Virus record (IMG/VR): IMGVR_UViG_3300006033_000016
Location: 32,001 to 96,000 of that record
Length of the DNA stretch: 64,000 nt
Source: a virus
Direction: 5' to 3' (one strand)
The notes beneath the pieces are model-generated. The model saw only the letters and a list, made by a program, of their open reading frames with translations, made no database searches and was not told where the DNA came from. A program made the position numbers and the translations under genes. Shown here piece after piece: positions 1 through 9,777 of this stretch. How positions within the stretch are numbered: position 1 is the first letter of the stretch; each line of letters starts with the position of its first letter.

Positions 1-1084
1 ATTGACGTACTCCTCAGGACAGGCTTCAACGTCCTCCGTCTCCGCTACGAGTGGAGGCCACACATGCTGCCATCCATCTTCAGTACGAACTTCAACGTGG
101 CAATGAATGTCACATCCCATTGTGGTCTCCTGCTACCGTGGATGCTACCGTGGATGGCTTCTCAAGTGGAGCAGAGGCCCACCACAACGCCTCATTTACG
201 TTTTCATCCCACTCGCAGGCACGACAGTAAGCAGCATAGTCGGTGTGATGCGGACAACCACCCTCCGCGCCTGCCCACTCGCGCCACTTCTCGACCGCAA
301 GAAGCAACTTATCCAACTGCTCCTGAGAAAGTTTGTCAGTAACTGCCATTGATGTCTTCCCCTCTGCTAACTACACGAGGCTTCAAGCCCAACAAAGTAG
401 CCACATGATTTAGATCGTTTGGGTGAGCGTCTAAAAGTGCAGCGAGCTGTTCACCTGGGGTAAGAATCTTTCCAATGGAACTGTCTAAACTGGCAGCCAG
501 TTGCTTTGTCTCATAGGCAGAAAGCTTCAAGCAAACGGATGTTGTTCCGTCTCTTTCTACAACTCGACAGATATCCTCCTTCACAGTAGCCACAACTGAC
601 AACAGCCCGTTGGACTCCTTCAATAGTATGGACCCCTTGATTTCACCGTGTGAAAAGATCGGGAGTTCAAACGAAAATCCAGGAGATATGGTGTAGGCCA
701 AGTTAAATCTCTTTACAGTTATCAGACGTCGTTCACAATGAACCTAGTCTACGTCTCTGTCGTCTGATCAGAACATCTCACACAGGCAGTTAACCTCTGA
801 GACGTACTTAGCGATAGGGTCGAACGAAGGTTTCCCGTTGCGAGCAACGCACGCCTCAACACACTCCTCAACGGCGTCTTGTACCTCAGCTCGACGGGAT
901 CTCTCAAAAGAGGCCCCACACGACGGAATAAGCCTCCACAAGCCCATAGCGAAGAAGAGGAGCACTCCTCCGCCGAACACAGACGCTAAGATTTTAACGA
1001 CCCGCTTGGAAATGATGGATTGGCCCATTTTCTTGCCTTCAAGAGTAGTGGGGGCGTCCGCCGACTGCTTCTGCACTTCGTGCC

Positions 1085-1471
1085 TCACAACAACCAATTA
1101 CTTTCCTTGGCTGCAGCAAAGTCATCGGAGTGCAGAAACAAGGAGACAGTACTCACATGAACGTCTCCCAGCTCGCCCTCTGGACAGTACCGGGAGAAGC
1201 AACGACAAAACCTGAAGTGCTTCATGTGGTCTTCTTTATACAGCTCCGCCGATTCTCTCAACTCTTCCAGGTCTTCCTCAGAAGCATTCTCCCAGGTAGG
1301 AAGAGCAGGGTCCAGAACCTCTCCATAGATGTACACGCCATCTACGATCCGAAGAAAAAAATCTCCGGGCTTTAGGTTTTCTTGCCAGGGCTCAACCTTC
1401 AAATCTGCATGACCACGATCAGCATCCATCGCAGAGAAGAGATCGTCTAGATTAGAAAAGGATCGAATCAT
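1085..1471 (-). CDS. hypothetical phage protein
   Basis: 128-aa ORF with AGGAG RBS and a copy of the repeated promoter-like motif just upstream. Confidence 0.7.
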   Translation of the reverse strand: MIRSFSNLDDLFSAMDADRGHADLKVEPWQENLKPGDFFLRIVDGVYIYGEVLDPALPTWENASEEDLEELRESAELYKEDHMKHFRFCRCFSRYCPEGELGDVHVSTVSLFLHSDDFAAAKESNWLL

Positions 1472-1490
1472 CGTAGTTCTCCTGACCTAC

Positions 1491-1506
1491 AGTATGTACA
1501 GGGTTC
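1491..1506 (-). promoter_or_regulatory. repeated phage promoter-like motif, copy 1
   Basis: minus strand GAACCCTGTACATACT about 20 nt upstream of the start at 1471. Confidence 0.6.
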
Positions 1507-2758
1507 AGGCTAAGGGAAGTCGTAGTTTCCCTAAGTGGCCCGAGTTATGCTTAGCATAAGCGCACGACATGAAGTGAATTGGATGAGGAACGTTACACTG
1601 AAGTTCGTGTTTACATTCTCCGCATACAGAAGGAGCAGTTCTATAGTAAGGAGTTGAGGGAAGTTTTTCCCACAACTCTTGAAATCGAGTTGTGTAGATG
1701 GAGGGGTCTTCCTCTGTTGGAGGAGAGAAAGACGAATGGGAAACTCTTCCATGGTCATCCACGTAACACGAAAATAAGCCTTCCTGCTGGGAAGCAAATC
1801 TCACGTCCACCTCTGGAAACTCGTGGCTCAAGAAGTAAGGAAGGAGCCCCTCAGAGAAGGCTATACGGTATCTTGCTTTGGTCATATCGTTCAGTACGGC
1901 AGGAAATTCTTCCGCGTAAGTCTTCTTTGAAGGAGACCCCTGCACAGACGATCTACCTACCTCAGGGTAGTAAGCAAGAAGTACGATGTTTAAATCCCGA
2001 AGGCCTACTCGAATAAGGTCGCAAATGGACTTAGCTACATCGTCATCAAAAAGAACGTGCACGTTGAGCTGCACACGGGGAGCCAACGCTTTCCGCCACT
2101 TATCATGAATTTCCTTGAAATAATCAGGGCCTTTAAAGGCGTGGTAAGTAAGAGCCACCCCACCGCAATACTTATTGGTGGCGTCAATAACATCCTCTCG
2201 GAAGATAAATCCCGCAGTGGTGTAGTTTGGAACAGTTCCCTGTTCCCGTGTGTACTTGAGAAACCAGGGGAAATCAGGGTGTGCTGTTGGCTCGCCTCCA
2301 CCAAAAGCGATTTGGTACGGAGGATAATCCAACCCCTCGAAGATCTTGACTAGCAAATCCTTAGGTGCGTGCTCTCCCTTTTTTGTGGAGTCCATGTAGC
2401 AGTATTTACACCCATGTGAGCACCAGTCACTTACCTTGATATCAATTGTCTCAGGAACTGGAGAAAACGCTCGGTCAGAGCGAAGGTAAGAGACCCGATG
2501 AAACTCACGATCGTCGTACTTTAAAGTGGTTCCGTATTTGAGGTTCCACTCATCTCTTATTGCGTCCCACTCTTTACGGTCCTGTGTTTTGGAGTAGACA
2601 GACGCCAGGCCGTAACCCCTACTGTCGTGAGGGTCTACCTCCTCCACCTCTCTCACAATAAGTCCAGTTAGCGGGTTGAAGACAGAGCTGTAGAATGGCC
2701 ACCCTCGAAACGAGTTGACCATGTGACGAATGTTAGACTTCTCGTTATCTACTGACAT
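1505..2758 (-). CDS. radical SAM protein with C-terminal SPASM/twitch-like cysteines
   Basis: CSHGCKYC (CxxxCxxC), GGGEPT, C-terminal CGECKHELQC. Confidence 0.9.
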   Translation of the reverse strand: MSVDNEKSNIRHMVNSFRGWPFYSSVFNPLTGLIVREVEEVDPHDSRGYGLASVYSKTQDRKEWDAIRDEWNLKYGTTLKYDDREFHRVSYLRSDRAFSPVPETIDIKVSDWCSHGCKYCYMDSTKKGEHAPKDLLVKIFEGLDYPPYQIAFGGGEPTAHPDFPWFLKYTREQGTVPNYTTAGFIFREDVIDATNKYCGGVALTYHAFKGPDYFKEIHDKWRKALAPRVQLNVHVLFDDDVAKSICDLIRVGLRDLNIVLLAYYPEVGRSSVQGSPSKKTYAEEFPAVLNDMTKARYRIAFSEGLLPYFLSHEFPEVDVRFASQQEGLFSCYVDDHGRVSHSSFSPPTEEDPSIYTTRFQELWEKLPSTPYYRTAPSVCGECKHELQCNVPHPIHFMSCAYAKHNSGHLGKLRLPLA

Positions 2759-3006
2759 AGGGAGTAAATCCTAAATGACAAAGCCTGTACTCAAACCCGC
2801 ACGCAGACCCCATAGAAGAATGAAAACGGTAGACCTGTGCTTCTTTAAGGAAGAAGACGGATCTCCGTGCTCTATGAGCGTGTCGTGGAAACTAAAAGCA
2901 TCCAAGTCCGGAGACTCCTTCAAGGTGTGTGACGCTCACCTTGCGTGGGGAATCCGGCTTTCTGGCGCTCCGGCTCTTGTAGAAGAATTCGTAGCGCCAG
3001 AGGATG

Positions 3007-3816
3007 TCAAAAAGACCGAGCCAGATTGACGAAGGCTCCCACCTCTCGCGACTCTCGATTGAACTCCAGACCAAATCCTACGCCCGTAGCCGCCATGAAG
3101 GCACCGGATACTGCGTAGAAAATGCTGGAGGTACGCCTAAGTCGAGCAACCCTGGAAATATCCTCAGAGCTACAACCCTCAGAAGTTTGGCCGCAAGAAG
3201 ACGCAAGATCACGGAACATACCCCTGGAGCGCAATCCGGTGGCAAGGGCTGCCACAAAAGAGGCTACAGTAAGAGAAGCACCAGAAACGGTCAACTTATA
3301 TCCAAAGCTAGGGCGTGGTGCGGACACGACTAGAGCGGGAAGCTCTAGGTAGCTTTCGACGTATGGAGGAGAATCCTCCGCTTCGATTTCCTCAGAAAGA
3401 GGAGGAGGATCCTCTTGTGTTTCCGCCTCCTGCTGATTTCTCACTCGCGAGATCATCAGACGAAGGTCCTCTAGGGAAACTCGAACCTGAACCGCATCCT
3501 GTGCTTCAGGAAGTTCTCTCAGGTATCTGGTGTAGGCAGCGACAGCCCTCTCCATCAAAGGAAGAGCGTCCTCGTCAGAAGACAAATTGGATGCCTTCTC
3601 GTAGCACAGACCAATGTTGTAGAGAAGCTCCGGAGCGAATACAGCTCTGAAGCTGTGTTCAAAATTACGGGCACAGTCCTCCCAACGCTCTTCAGCGTAA
3701 GCAGACTGACCACGAATGAAGTACGCCCGAGCCTCTGCCACAACAGAGGGATCAATGGTTTGGGCCGCTCCGAAGGAGCTGTAGAAAACAGTCAAGAATA
3801 GAATTAGTTGTCGCAT
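3007..3816 (-). CDS. exported/membrane TPR protein
   Basis: signal peptide, TPR-like helices (EARAYFIRGQSAY, LLYNIGLCYEK, AYTRYL), acidic Pro linker, two C-terminal hydrophobic segments. Confidence 0.7.
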   Translation of the reverse strand: MRQLILFLTVFYSSFGAAQTIDPSVVAEARAYFIRGQSAYAEERWEDCARNFEHSFRAVFAPELLYNIGLCYEKASNLSSDEDALPLMERAVAAYTRYLRELPEAQDAVQVRVSLEDLRLMISRVRNQQEAETQEDPPPLSEEIEAEDSPPYVESYLELPALVVSAPRPSFGYKLTVSGASLTVASFVAALATGLRSRGMFRDLASSCGQTSEGCSSEDISRVARLRRTSSIFYAVSGAFMAATGVGFGLEFNRESREVGAFVNLARSF

Positions 3817-3835
3817 GGCGACCTCCTTCTATTCT

Positions 3836-3851
3836 AATATGACCAGGGTTC
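3836..3851 (-). promoter_or_regulatory. repeated phage promoter-like motif, copy 2
   Basis: minus strand GAACCCTGGTCATATT upstream of AGGAGG RBS and the start at 3816. Confidence 0.6.
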
Positions 3852-4434
3852 ACTCCCCTCTAGAGGCTCGTATTTTTGTACTACTCATGCCATACAAATG
3901 AGCAGGAAGCTCAAGGGGAGAAGGATAGCAGTTTTTAGGTCCTTTGGTAAAGGACTGACCTTCTCGTGGCCAAACACAGAATAAACAACCTAATTCCCCG
4001 ACTTCCTGCAGGCTACTCATGGCAACAAGTCTAGCGTACGTATCGTACCCTATGTGGAAAATGACCTTCTCTGCATGTGGTCGAAGATATTCGTATTTAT
4101 CAGAGAAAAGAGGACTATCAGTGACCAGGACCTTAGAGTACCCGTTGAATTGAGTCAGTCTTTTTAACAGCTCAGAGGAATCTAGATCCTCTTTCCCCAC
4201 TCTTCTCACAGAAATCTCGAAGAACTTATCTGAGGTAGTGGCAGCAACAGCATATCCCTCTCTACCGTAGTTCTGAACAACGAAGTTGTCCTCGTCAATG
4301 GATTCGTACATCCAACGGTGGGCATCATGCAGAGGGTTAAAAGACCCAGAAAGAACGTGCATCTCCCCAAGTCTATATCGTGGAGATATAGGCCCCAGTC
4401 TTCCTTCTTGGTACATTTTAGGAAAGTCTGACAA
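3850..4434 (-). CDS. cytidylyltransferase-fold (NadD/NMNAT-like) nucleotidyltransferase
   Basis: SGSFNPLHDAH (HxGH-type), IGYDT and SSTKIR motifs. Confidence 0.75.
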   Translation of the reverse strand: MSDFPKMYQEGRLGPISPRYRLGEMHVLSGSFNPLHDAHRWMYESIDEDNFVVQNYGREGYAVAATTSDKFFEISVRRVGKEDLDSSELLKRLTQFNGYSKVLVTDSPLFSDKYEYLRPHAEKVIFHIGYDTYARLVAMSSLQEVGELGCLFCVWPREGQSFTKGPKNCYPSPLELPAHLYGMSSTKIRASRGE

Positions 4435-4978
4435 GGTAACCTCCTTCCATGAGTTCGGATAAAAGTGGGTGGGAAAGAGAGCACGCTAAGGAAAGAGCTA
4501 CTTCTCCAATTACTCTATCTTGTACGTATCTCTTTGTAGTTATCATGGGCTGGACGTGCTCTTGCTCGGAAAGCTTGTCTAGGATTAAGTGGTAGACATC
4601 AAAGGAAGAAGGATGACCCACCACAATATAGGCGTGGTTGTCTCCCTTTCGATACCTTGAAGTAGTTATGGCAGCTGTAACAGTAACAGGAACCAGCGAT
4701 CCCAAGTCATGACAATTGCACAAGTGCAAAGCGGTGGCCATTTCTGCTGATACGGCTCCACTATTCTCCAAGACTGTATCTGCGTTGGGGTGCCACTTTT
4801 CTAGCAAGGAACGAACAGCATCGTAGGAATAGGGTATGTGCAAGCTGTCCACGACAGAAGACGCGCCAGGAACGCCTAAAAGACCAGAGGCCCATGCTCC
4901 AGCTCCTGTGAACAACAGACGAAGCTTAGGCCCCTGGTAGGAAGAAACAAAGGACTCTAGGTCTAACCACATGGTCAA
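4418..4978 (-). CDS. CinA/PncC-like domain protein
   Basis: FTGAG...VPGASSVV...YS...GAVSAEMA pattern; overlaps the NMNAT-like gene. Confidence 0.65.
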   Translation of the reverse strand: MTMWLDLESFVSSYQGPKLRLLFTGAGAWASGLLGVPGASSVVDSLHIPYSYDAVRSLLEKWHPNADTVLENSGAVSAEMATALHLCNCHDLGSLVPVTVTAAITTSRYRKGDNHAYIVVGHPSSFDVYHLILDKLSEQEHVQPMITTKRYVQDRVIGEVALSLACSLSHPLLSELMEGGYLVRLS

Positions 4979-5387
4979 TCCGCAGTAGGGAAAGAAAGAG
5001 TCATCCGTGTCTGTCCGTTATCGTCTACTATGACAACCACCCCCACCATCTCCACGTAGCTGAGAACCAGTTCGGGGTTTTCTCTGAAGAAGGACCTTTT
5101 TATCTGCGCCGGAGAATGAAAAGCAGAGGGAGGAAGAGGAGATGGAACTGACTTACTTTTCAGCGAGTCCATACTAAAAGGTTTTAGGGTAGACGAACTG
5201 CGGGTCCTTCTTCGCTGCACGATCCCGCTACTAAGTACATTTCCGTCAGGAGAAAACAATGCGTACAAGTCTACTTTTGTATGACCTTTGTTCCATGCGT
5301 AGCTGTCACCGACACAGATGCATACGGCATCTTCAAAGTTCTTTCGGCCAGCGTCCAAAACCAAGTCTCCCTCCAGAAAAGCCATAG

Positions 5388-5903
5388 TCAATCTTTTCCT
5401 TCGTTCTCTGACTTCAGCTCATCCAACATAACGCCCACTACACCAGAGATTCTGGCAATGCGAGCAGTGGCACGAGCCTTTCCTTCGCGAAGAAGTTGCT
5501 TTGCTCTCTTGATTCCAGAATTGTCTGTACAGTAGTGGTACAGCTCGTTTAGAATCTTATCCTGATCGCCAGAGATGAGAAGCTCCGTTATCTCGTCCAC
5601 AGAGATTGTCTCCTCATCCTTCTTGCGCTGAAGGTAATCCTTCACCACCTGCTGATCCCTTCGCTTCTTAGCTGCAGCGTCAAACTCAGCAGCAGACACT
5701 TCTTCCTCCTCACCCAGGGAAGGCGCAGGAGCTGGAGCGGACGATACGGGACGAACTGGTCTGGCTACAGGCGAGGCTGGACGAGCAGGAGGAGTGTCCT
5801 CCTCATCATCTTCGTCCTCGATTTCGTCGTCAATCTCGTCATCGTCCACTTCACCAAGGACACCATCGAGTTCATCTTCTAATTCGTGCGCTTTCTTCTT
5901 CAT
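5388..5903 (-). CDS. hypothetical protein with acidic low-complexity N-terminus
   Basis: D/E-rich and Pro-rich segments followed by a helical domain; start at MKKKAH inferred (ORF track begins 5951). Confidence 0.6.
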   Translation of the reverse strand: MKKKAHELEDELDGVLGEVDDDEIDDEIEDEDDEEDTPPARPASPVARPVRPVSSAPAPAPSLGEEEEVSAAEFDAAAKKRRDQQVVKDYLQRKKDEETISVDEITELLISGDQDKILNELYHYCTDNSGIKRAKQLLREGKARATARIARISGVVGVMLDELKSENEGKD

Positions 5904-5923
5904 ACTAAATACCTCTTGAGTGG

Positions 5924-6454
5924 TTACAGACAGGACCTGACGTGATCCCACAAAATATGCTCCTCTAATACCTTAGAGAATGGACACACAGGAACCGTAT
6001 CAAAGTCTTCAAGGATGCGGGCGAACTTTTTCTCTTTGGGCCCTCTTTGTATCATAGTGATACAGGGTAAGGAAACCGCCATAACCTGATGAAACACATC
6101 GGCAGGAATAAAGTATTGAGACCCTTCCTGTACAACAAACTCTGTGCGTACCTTGGCCTGCACTTCACATGTGAGCCTAGGAGGAGCCTCGCCTGACCCA
6201 CATGAATCGTAACGTTGAATCTTAGGACGACCGCCCTCAGAAGGGTCTATCTCCCATATCTTGTTGCGTAGAGAACCACGTAAAACAGTAGACACAAACC
6301 AATATCTATGGTCGTGAGGACTGTCTGTGAATTGAGGAAGATCCGGACAGTAGAAGTGATAACGAACAGAGTCATTCAACTTGACCTGTATAAACCCCAA
6401 GCCAAAGAAGTGAATCTTGCTGCAAGATTTCAAGTAGTCTATGGTGAGATTCAT
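5924..6454 (-). CDS. hypothetical protein, possible cupin fold
   Basis: PHDHRYWF and FHQV motifs; coupled to thyA. Confidence 0.5.
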   Translation of the reverse strand: MNLTIDYLKSCSKIHFFGLGFIQVKLNDSVRYHFYCPDLPQFTDSPHDHRYWFVSTVLRGSLRNKIWEIDPSEGGRPKIQRYDSCGSGEAPPRLTCEVQAKVRTEFVVQEGSQYFIPADVFHQVMAVSLPCITMIQRGPKEKKFARILEDFDTVPVCPFSKVLEEHILWDHVRSCL

Positions 6455-7371
6455 ACTGCAACGTCAGCAGACAGCTTAGCCAGCGGATTATACCCAACAA
6501 GACTGATGTGCTCCCACTTTACATCCCACACGTGAAGAGAGGCTACATCATCGGATAGAACTATCTGTGGAGATGCAGGAGGAGTTCGTGAAAGCTGTTC
6601 CTTAACTTGATCCACATGATTTTCGTAGATGTGGACATCGTGAAGCGTATGAACAAACGAACCAACTTGCAGACCGCAGGCCTTTGCAAACATGTGAGTT
6701 AGCAGAGAGTAACTTGCAATGTTAAAAGGCACTCCAAGAAATACGTCAGCACTACGTTGGAAAAGATGACAGTGAAGTTTGTCATCTTGGACGGTCCATT
6801 GGCTGAAGGTATGACAGGGAGGCAGGGCTACCAAGTCAGCTTCTGCGGGGTTCCATCCTGTCAAAATCAAACGTCGGCTGTTGCTCTTGGCGTAGAACTG
6901 ACCCGAGAGCCAGGCAATCTGGTCAAATCCATTTGACGCATAACCAACACACTTACGTTGATTGCGTTCGTCAAGCACAGTGATATTTGTGTCAGGGTCT
7001 CCATAAGTATTAAGAATGGGTGTGGCTCCGAAGTTCCTCCACTGATGGGAGTAAATTGGACCCATGTTCCACCACTCACGACCATGTTTCTTATTGTGGG
7101 CTTCTGTCGCCCACTCATCCCAAATGTCTACTCCAGCAGCTTGGAGATCTCGCACATCTACTGAGCCGCTGAGGAACCATCGAAGCTCCTCAAAGATCCA
7201 GCGCAGGGGTAGCTTCTTACTCGTCAATAAAGGAAAACCAGCAGTAAGGTCGAACCTCATCTGGTATCCGAGTAGGCCGATGGTGTCTACGCCTGTTCTA
7301 TTTTCTTTACGAACTCCATTCTCTAGTATGGAGGAAAGAAGGGATAAGTAGGGAAGGTCGTGCTGAGTCAT
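6451..7371 (-). CDS. thyA: thymidylate synthase
   Basis: NRTGVDT, EELRWFL, GPIYSHQWR, ALPPCH, QRSADVFLGVPFNIASY, HIYENH; start moved to MTQHD because the longer ORF overlaps the upstream gene. Confidence 0.97.
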   Translation of the reverse strand: MTQHDLPYLSLLSSILENGVRKENRTGVDTIGLLGYQMRFDLTAGFPLLTSKKLPLRWIFEELRWFLSGSVDVRDLQAAGVDIWDEWATEAHNKKHGREWWNMGPIYSHQWRNFGATPILNTYGDPDTNITVLDERNQRKCVGYASNGFDQIAWLSGQFYAKSNSRRLILTGWNPAEADLVALPPCHTFSQWTVQDDKLHCHLFQRSADVFLGVPFNIASYSLLTHMFAKACGLQVGSFVHTLHDVHIYENHVDQVKEQLSRTPPASPQIVLSDDVASLHVWDVKWEHISLVGYNPLAKLSADVAV

Positions 7372-7388
7372 TTTCGTTCCTTTACAGG

Positions 7389-7577
7389 TCAGCCCCAAGG
7401 ACCGGCCCCAGAATTTGGAGCCTTGGAGGAAGAAGAGGGAACAATTTCTCCTCGAACTTCCTCCATTGAGGAGGATCCGCATGCTTCACAAACTTCCCAC
7501 TCGGGATCTCCATAAGCAGGAAGGAAATCTTCTTGAATATGCCCACAGGATAGGCAACGAACATCTACGAGCTTCAT
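7389..7577 (-). CDS. FmdB-like zinc-ribbon protein
   Basis: CLSCGH...CEACGS in 62 aa. Confidence 0.65.
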   Translation of the reverse strand: MKLVDVRCLSCGHIQEDFLPAYGDPEWEVCEACGSSSMEEVRGEIVPSSSSKAPNSGAGPWG

Positions 7578-7682
7578 TTGTCAATCCTTTCTATTTAGGG
7601 AAATGTAGCCAGTTTTCTTCATGTAGAGAAGAGCCATGAGGAGCACAAAAAATAACAGTAATAGCATGGAATACACCCAACG

Positions 7683-7712
7683 GAAAAGACCCCTGATGTC
7701 AGGGGTCTTTTC
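7683..7712. terminator. intrinsic terminator (symmetric)
   Basis: GAAAAGACCCCTGA-TG-TCAGGGGTCTTTTC inverted repeat. Confidence 0.8.
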
Positions 7713-8792
7713 AAGAAAGAGATAAGTCAAGCCCAAGGAACATAGCTAAGTCGGCGAAAGAAGTCAAACAGTTTCTCGAACAAAGAGGTGGCCTCGTTCA
7801 TGGGGTCTTCTTCGTCAGGGTCGTTTGAAAGATGAAGAGATCGGGCTATGTCCTCCATCTGAGAATGAAGACTTAGTTCAGAGGAATCTTCCAGGATTCG
7901 AAGGTCAGGATAATACTTCTGCACCTTGTTAGCCATCTTTCTGGCTTTTCTCGCCAGGCGCTGACGTTCTCTGCGGTGTTCTTTGAGTTCATCGAAGACC
8001 TCCTTCGCTTCTTTATTGAGGTTGTCAATTTCCCTCATCCTACGGATGCGGGATGGCTTGATACGTAGCGTATCCATACCAGGTATATAACATGGATAAA
8101 GCCTATTTAGCAGGAAGAAAGTGCCAATACATGTCTAGCCTGGCCATTGAAACGAGCTGATGTAATGACATATTCTTCAGCTTGTAGTCCTGCATAGATT
8201 CTGGAAGGCAGGAAAGCAAAGAAGGAGCAACACGGTATAGACGTCCTCTGCCAAGAGGAAGTGTAACCCACGTGTACTCTACGTTAAGTCCGCAAGACAG
8301 GATATCCCTGTCCAACCTCCAGTACGTAGAAGTCTTTTTCGCAGAAACCAGAATGTAACGATACTGCTCTTCCTTAATGTCTCTGAAATGAGGCTGGTAG
8401 GGGAGACCCCTTGCTAAGGCCTCTTTATGGACTAGGTCTAATGCCTTGTCCAAAGACACAGAACAAGAACTATACACATTCTGTGTCAACTTAAGAGCAC
8501 ATGACACAGAACAGGGGCCATGCCCGTCAGTGTAGATTGAGCTGAACCCACAGGCAGGACACGAGGGAACTGATGTGGGTTGCCCTGTCATGCTGCAGGT
8601 CCATTATTACGTCTGGGGCGGACCTTCAAATAAGAAAAGTACGCCTTATCCACAATCCGTACTAGGATTGTGATAGGGTAAATAACAGCATGGAATGCTT
8701 GTCGCATAGCCTACCTATAGATAAGTATGAAATAGTTCCTTTGAAGAAGAAGGAGAAGGGTACATCGAGAGTGAACACGTGCGCAGAGGTCT

Positions 8793-9281
8793 TCAGCCTT
8801 TGAGGTCTCGAACCATCGCAGCCAGGCGACGCGCCGCACGGGCGACCACACCTATACGCGGGGGAACCACCGCCTCGACCGGTCGAGCGGATACCAAGAC
8901 GACCGGTTCATCCTCGTCCGCCTCAGCCAAGTAGGCCTCGAACTCGGCAAGTCGCTGTTCCTTGGGCTTAGAGAAGGAGTGCATCGAAGCCACCAGTCTC
9001 TCGTCCTCGGTCGAGTCGTCGATGCGGCGTGCAACGTGGCTAGTGCTGGATGGCTCCTTGGCCATAGCTTTGGAAAGGTCTGACATAACTCTAGACCAAT
9101 CTCCACTTAGGGCATTAATGGAGTCTCTAACGACATCGACTGACCCCATCTTGAGCCGATGCTCTACCTCGTGTTCCACTATGTCCCTGATTTTAGTTCC
9201 TATTGGAGAAGGATATCCTTCTCCCAAATAAGAAAGAATCTTAGATACGTATTCAGATTTCTTATCGGAGTCTGTGCGCAT
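8793..9281 (-). CDS. hypothetical protein
   Basis: ORF downstream of tRNA-Leu; start trimmed to MRTDSD to avoid overlapping the tRNA. Confidence 0.55.
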   Translation of the reverse strand: MRTDSDKKSEYVSKILSYLGEGYPSPIGTKIRDIVEHEVEHRLKMGSVDVVRDSINALSGDWSRVMSDLSKAMAKEPSSTSHVARRIDDSTEDERLVASMHSFSKPKEQRLAEFEAYLAEADEDEPVVLVSARPVEAVVPPRIGVVARAARRLAAMVRDLKG

Positions 9282-9296
9282 GTTGTTGCGATTCTT

Positions 9297-9383
9297 TGGT
9301 AGGGGCGGAGGGAGTCGAACCCTCACAGACCAATGGTCCTCGGGATTTTAAGTCCGTAGCGTCTTCCATTCCGCCACGCCCCC
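9297..9383 (-). tRNA. tRNA-Leu(TAA)
   Basis: GGGGGCG/CGCCCCT acceptor, loop CT-TAA-AA, long variable arm, GGTTCGACTCC, ACCA end. Confidence 0.9.
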
Positions 9384-9777
9384 TAAACTCAATCTTCCAC
9401 GGGTTCGTCGTCTAAGATAACAGGAGTTCCTCCTAAAGTCACAGCCCCTCCGCCTGGGTGAAGTGTGCCAAATCTTGTTTCGAATTCTTCAAAATCAGGA
9501 GAATCCGAGTCTTCATCCTGGTCTTTGTTTTTAATGCGAATCAAGGCACAACGAAGGGATAGTTCGGCGGCTCTTTCCGTGTAAAGATCTAGCATTTTAC
9601 GTTGTATTTTTTTCAGGTCCAGTATGGCATCAGAAAAGTTAGATTTTGGGTGACGAGAAATAAACTCTGACAGAAGAGCTGTCTCCCGAGTCAGGTCCAG
9701 ACTTGAGCTAACCAGGCTTTCATTGATGATGTCTACTCTAGCGTCAAGCATTTCAATCAAAGAATCAATGTCCATGA

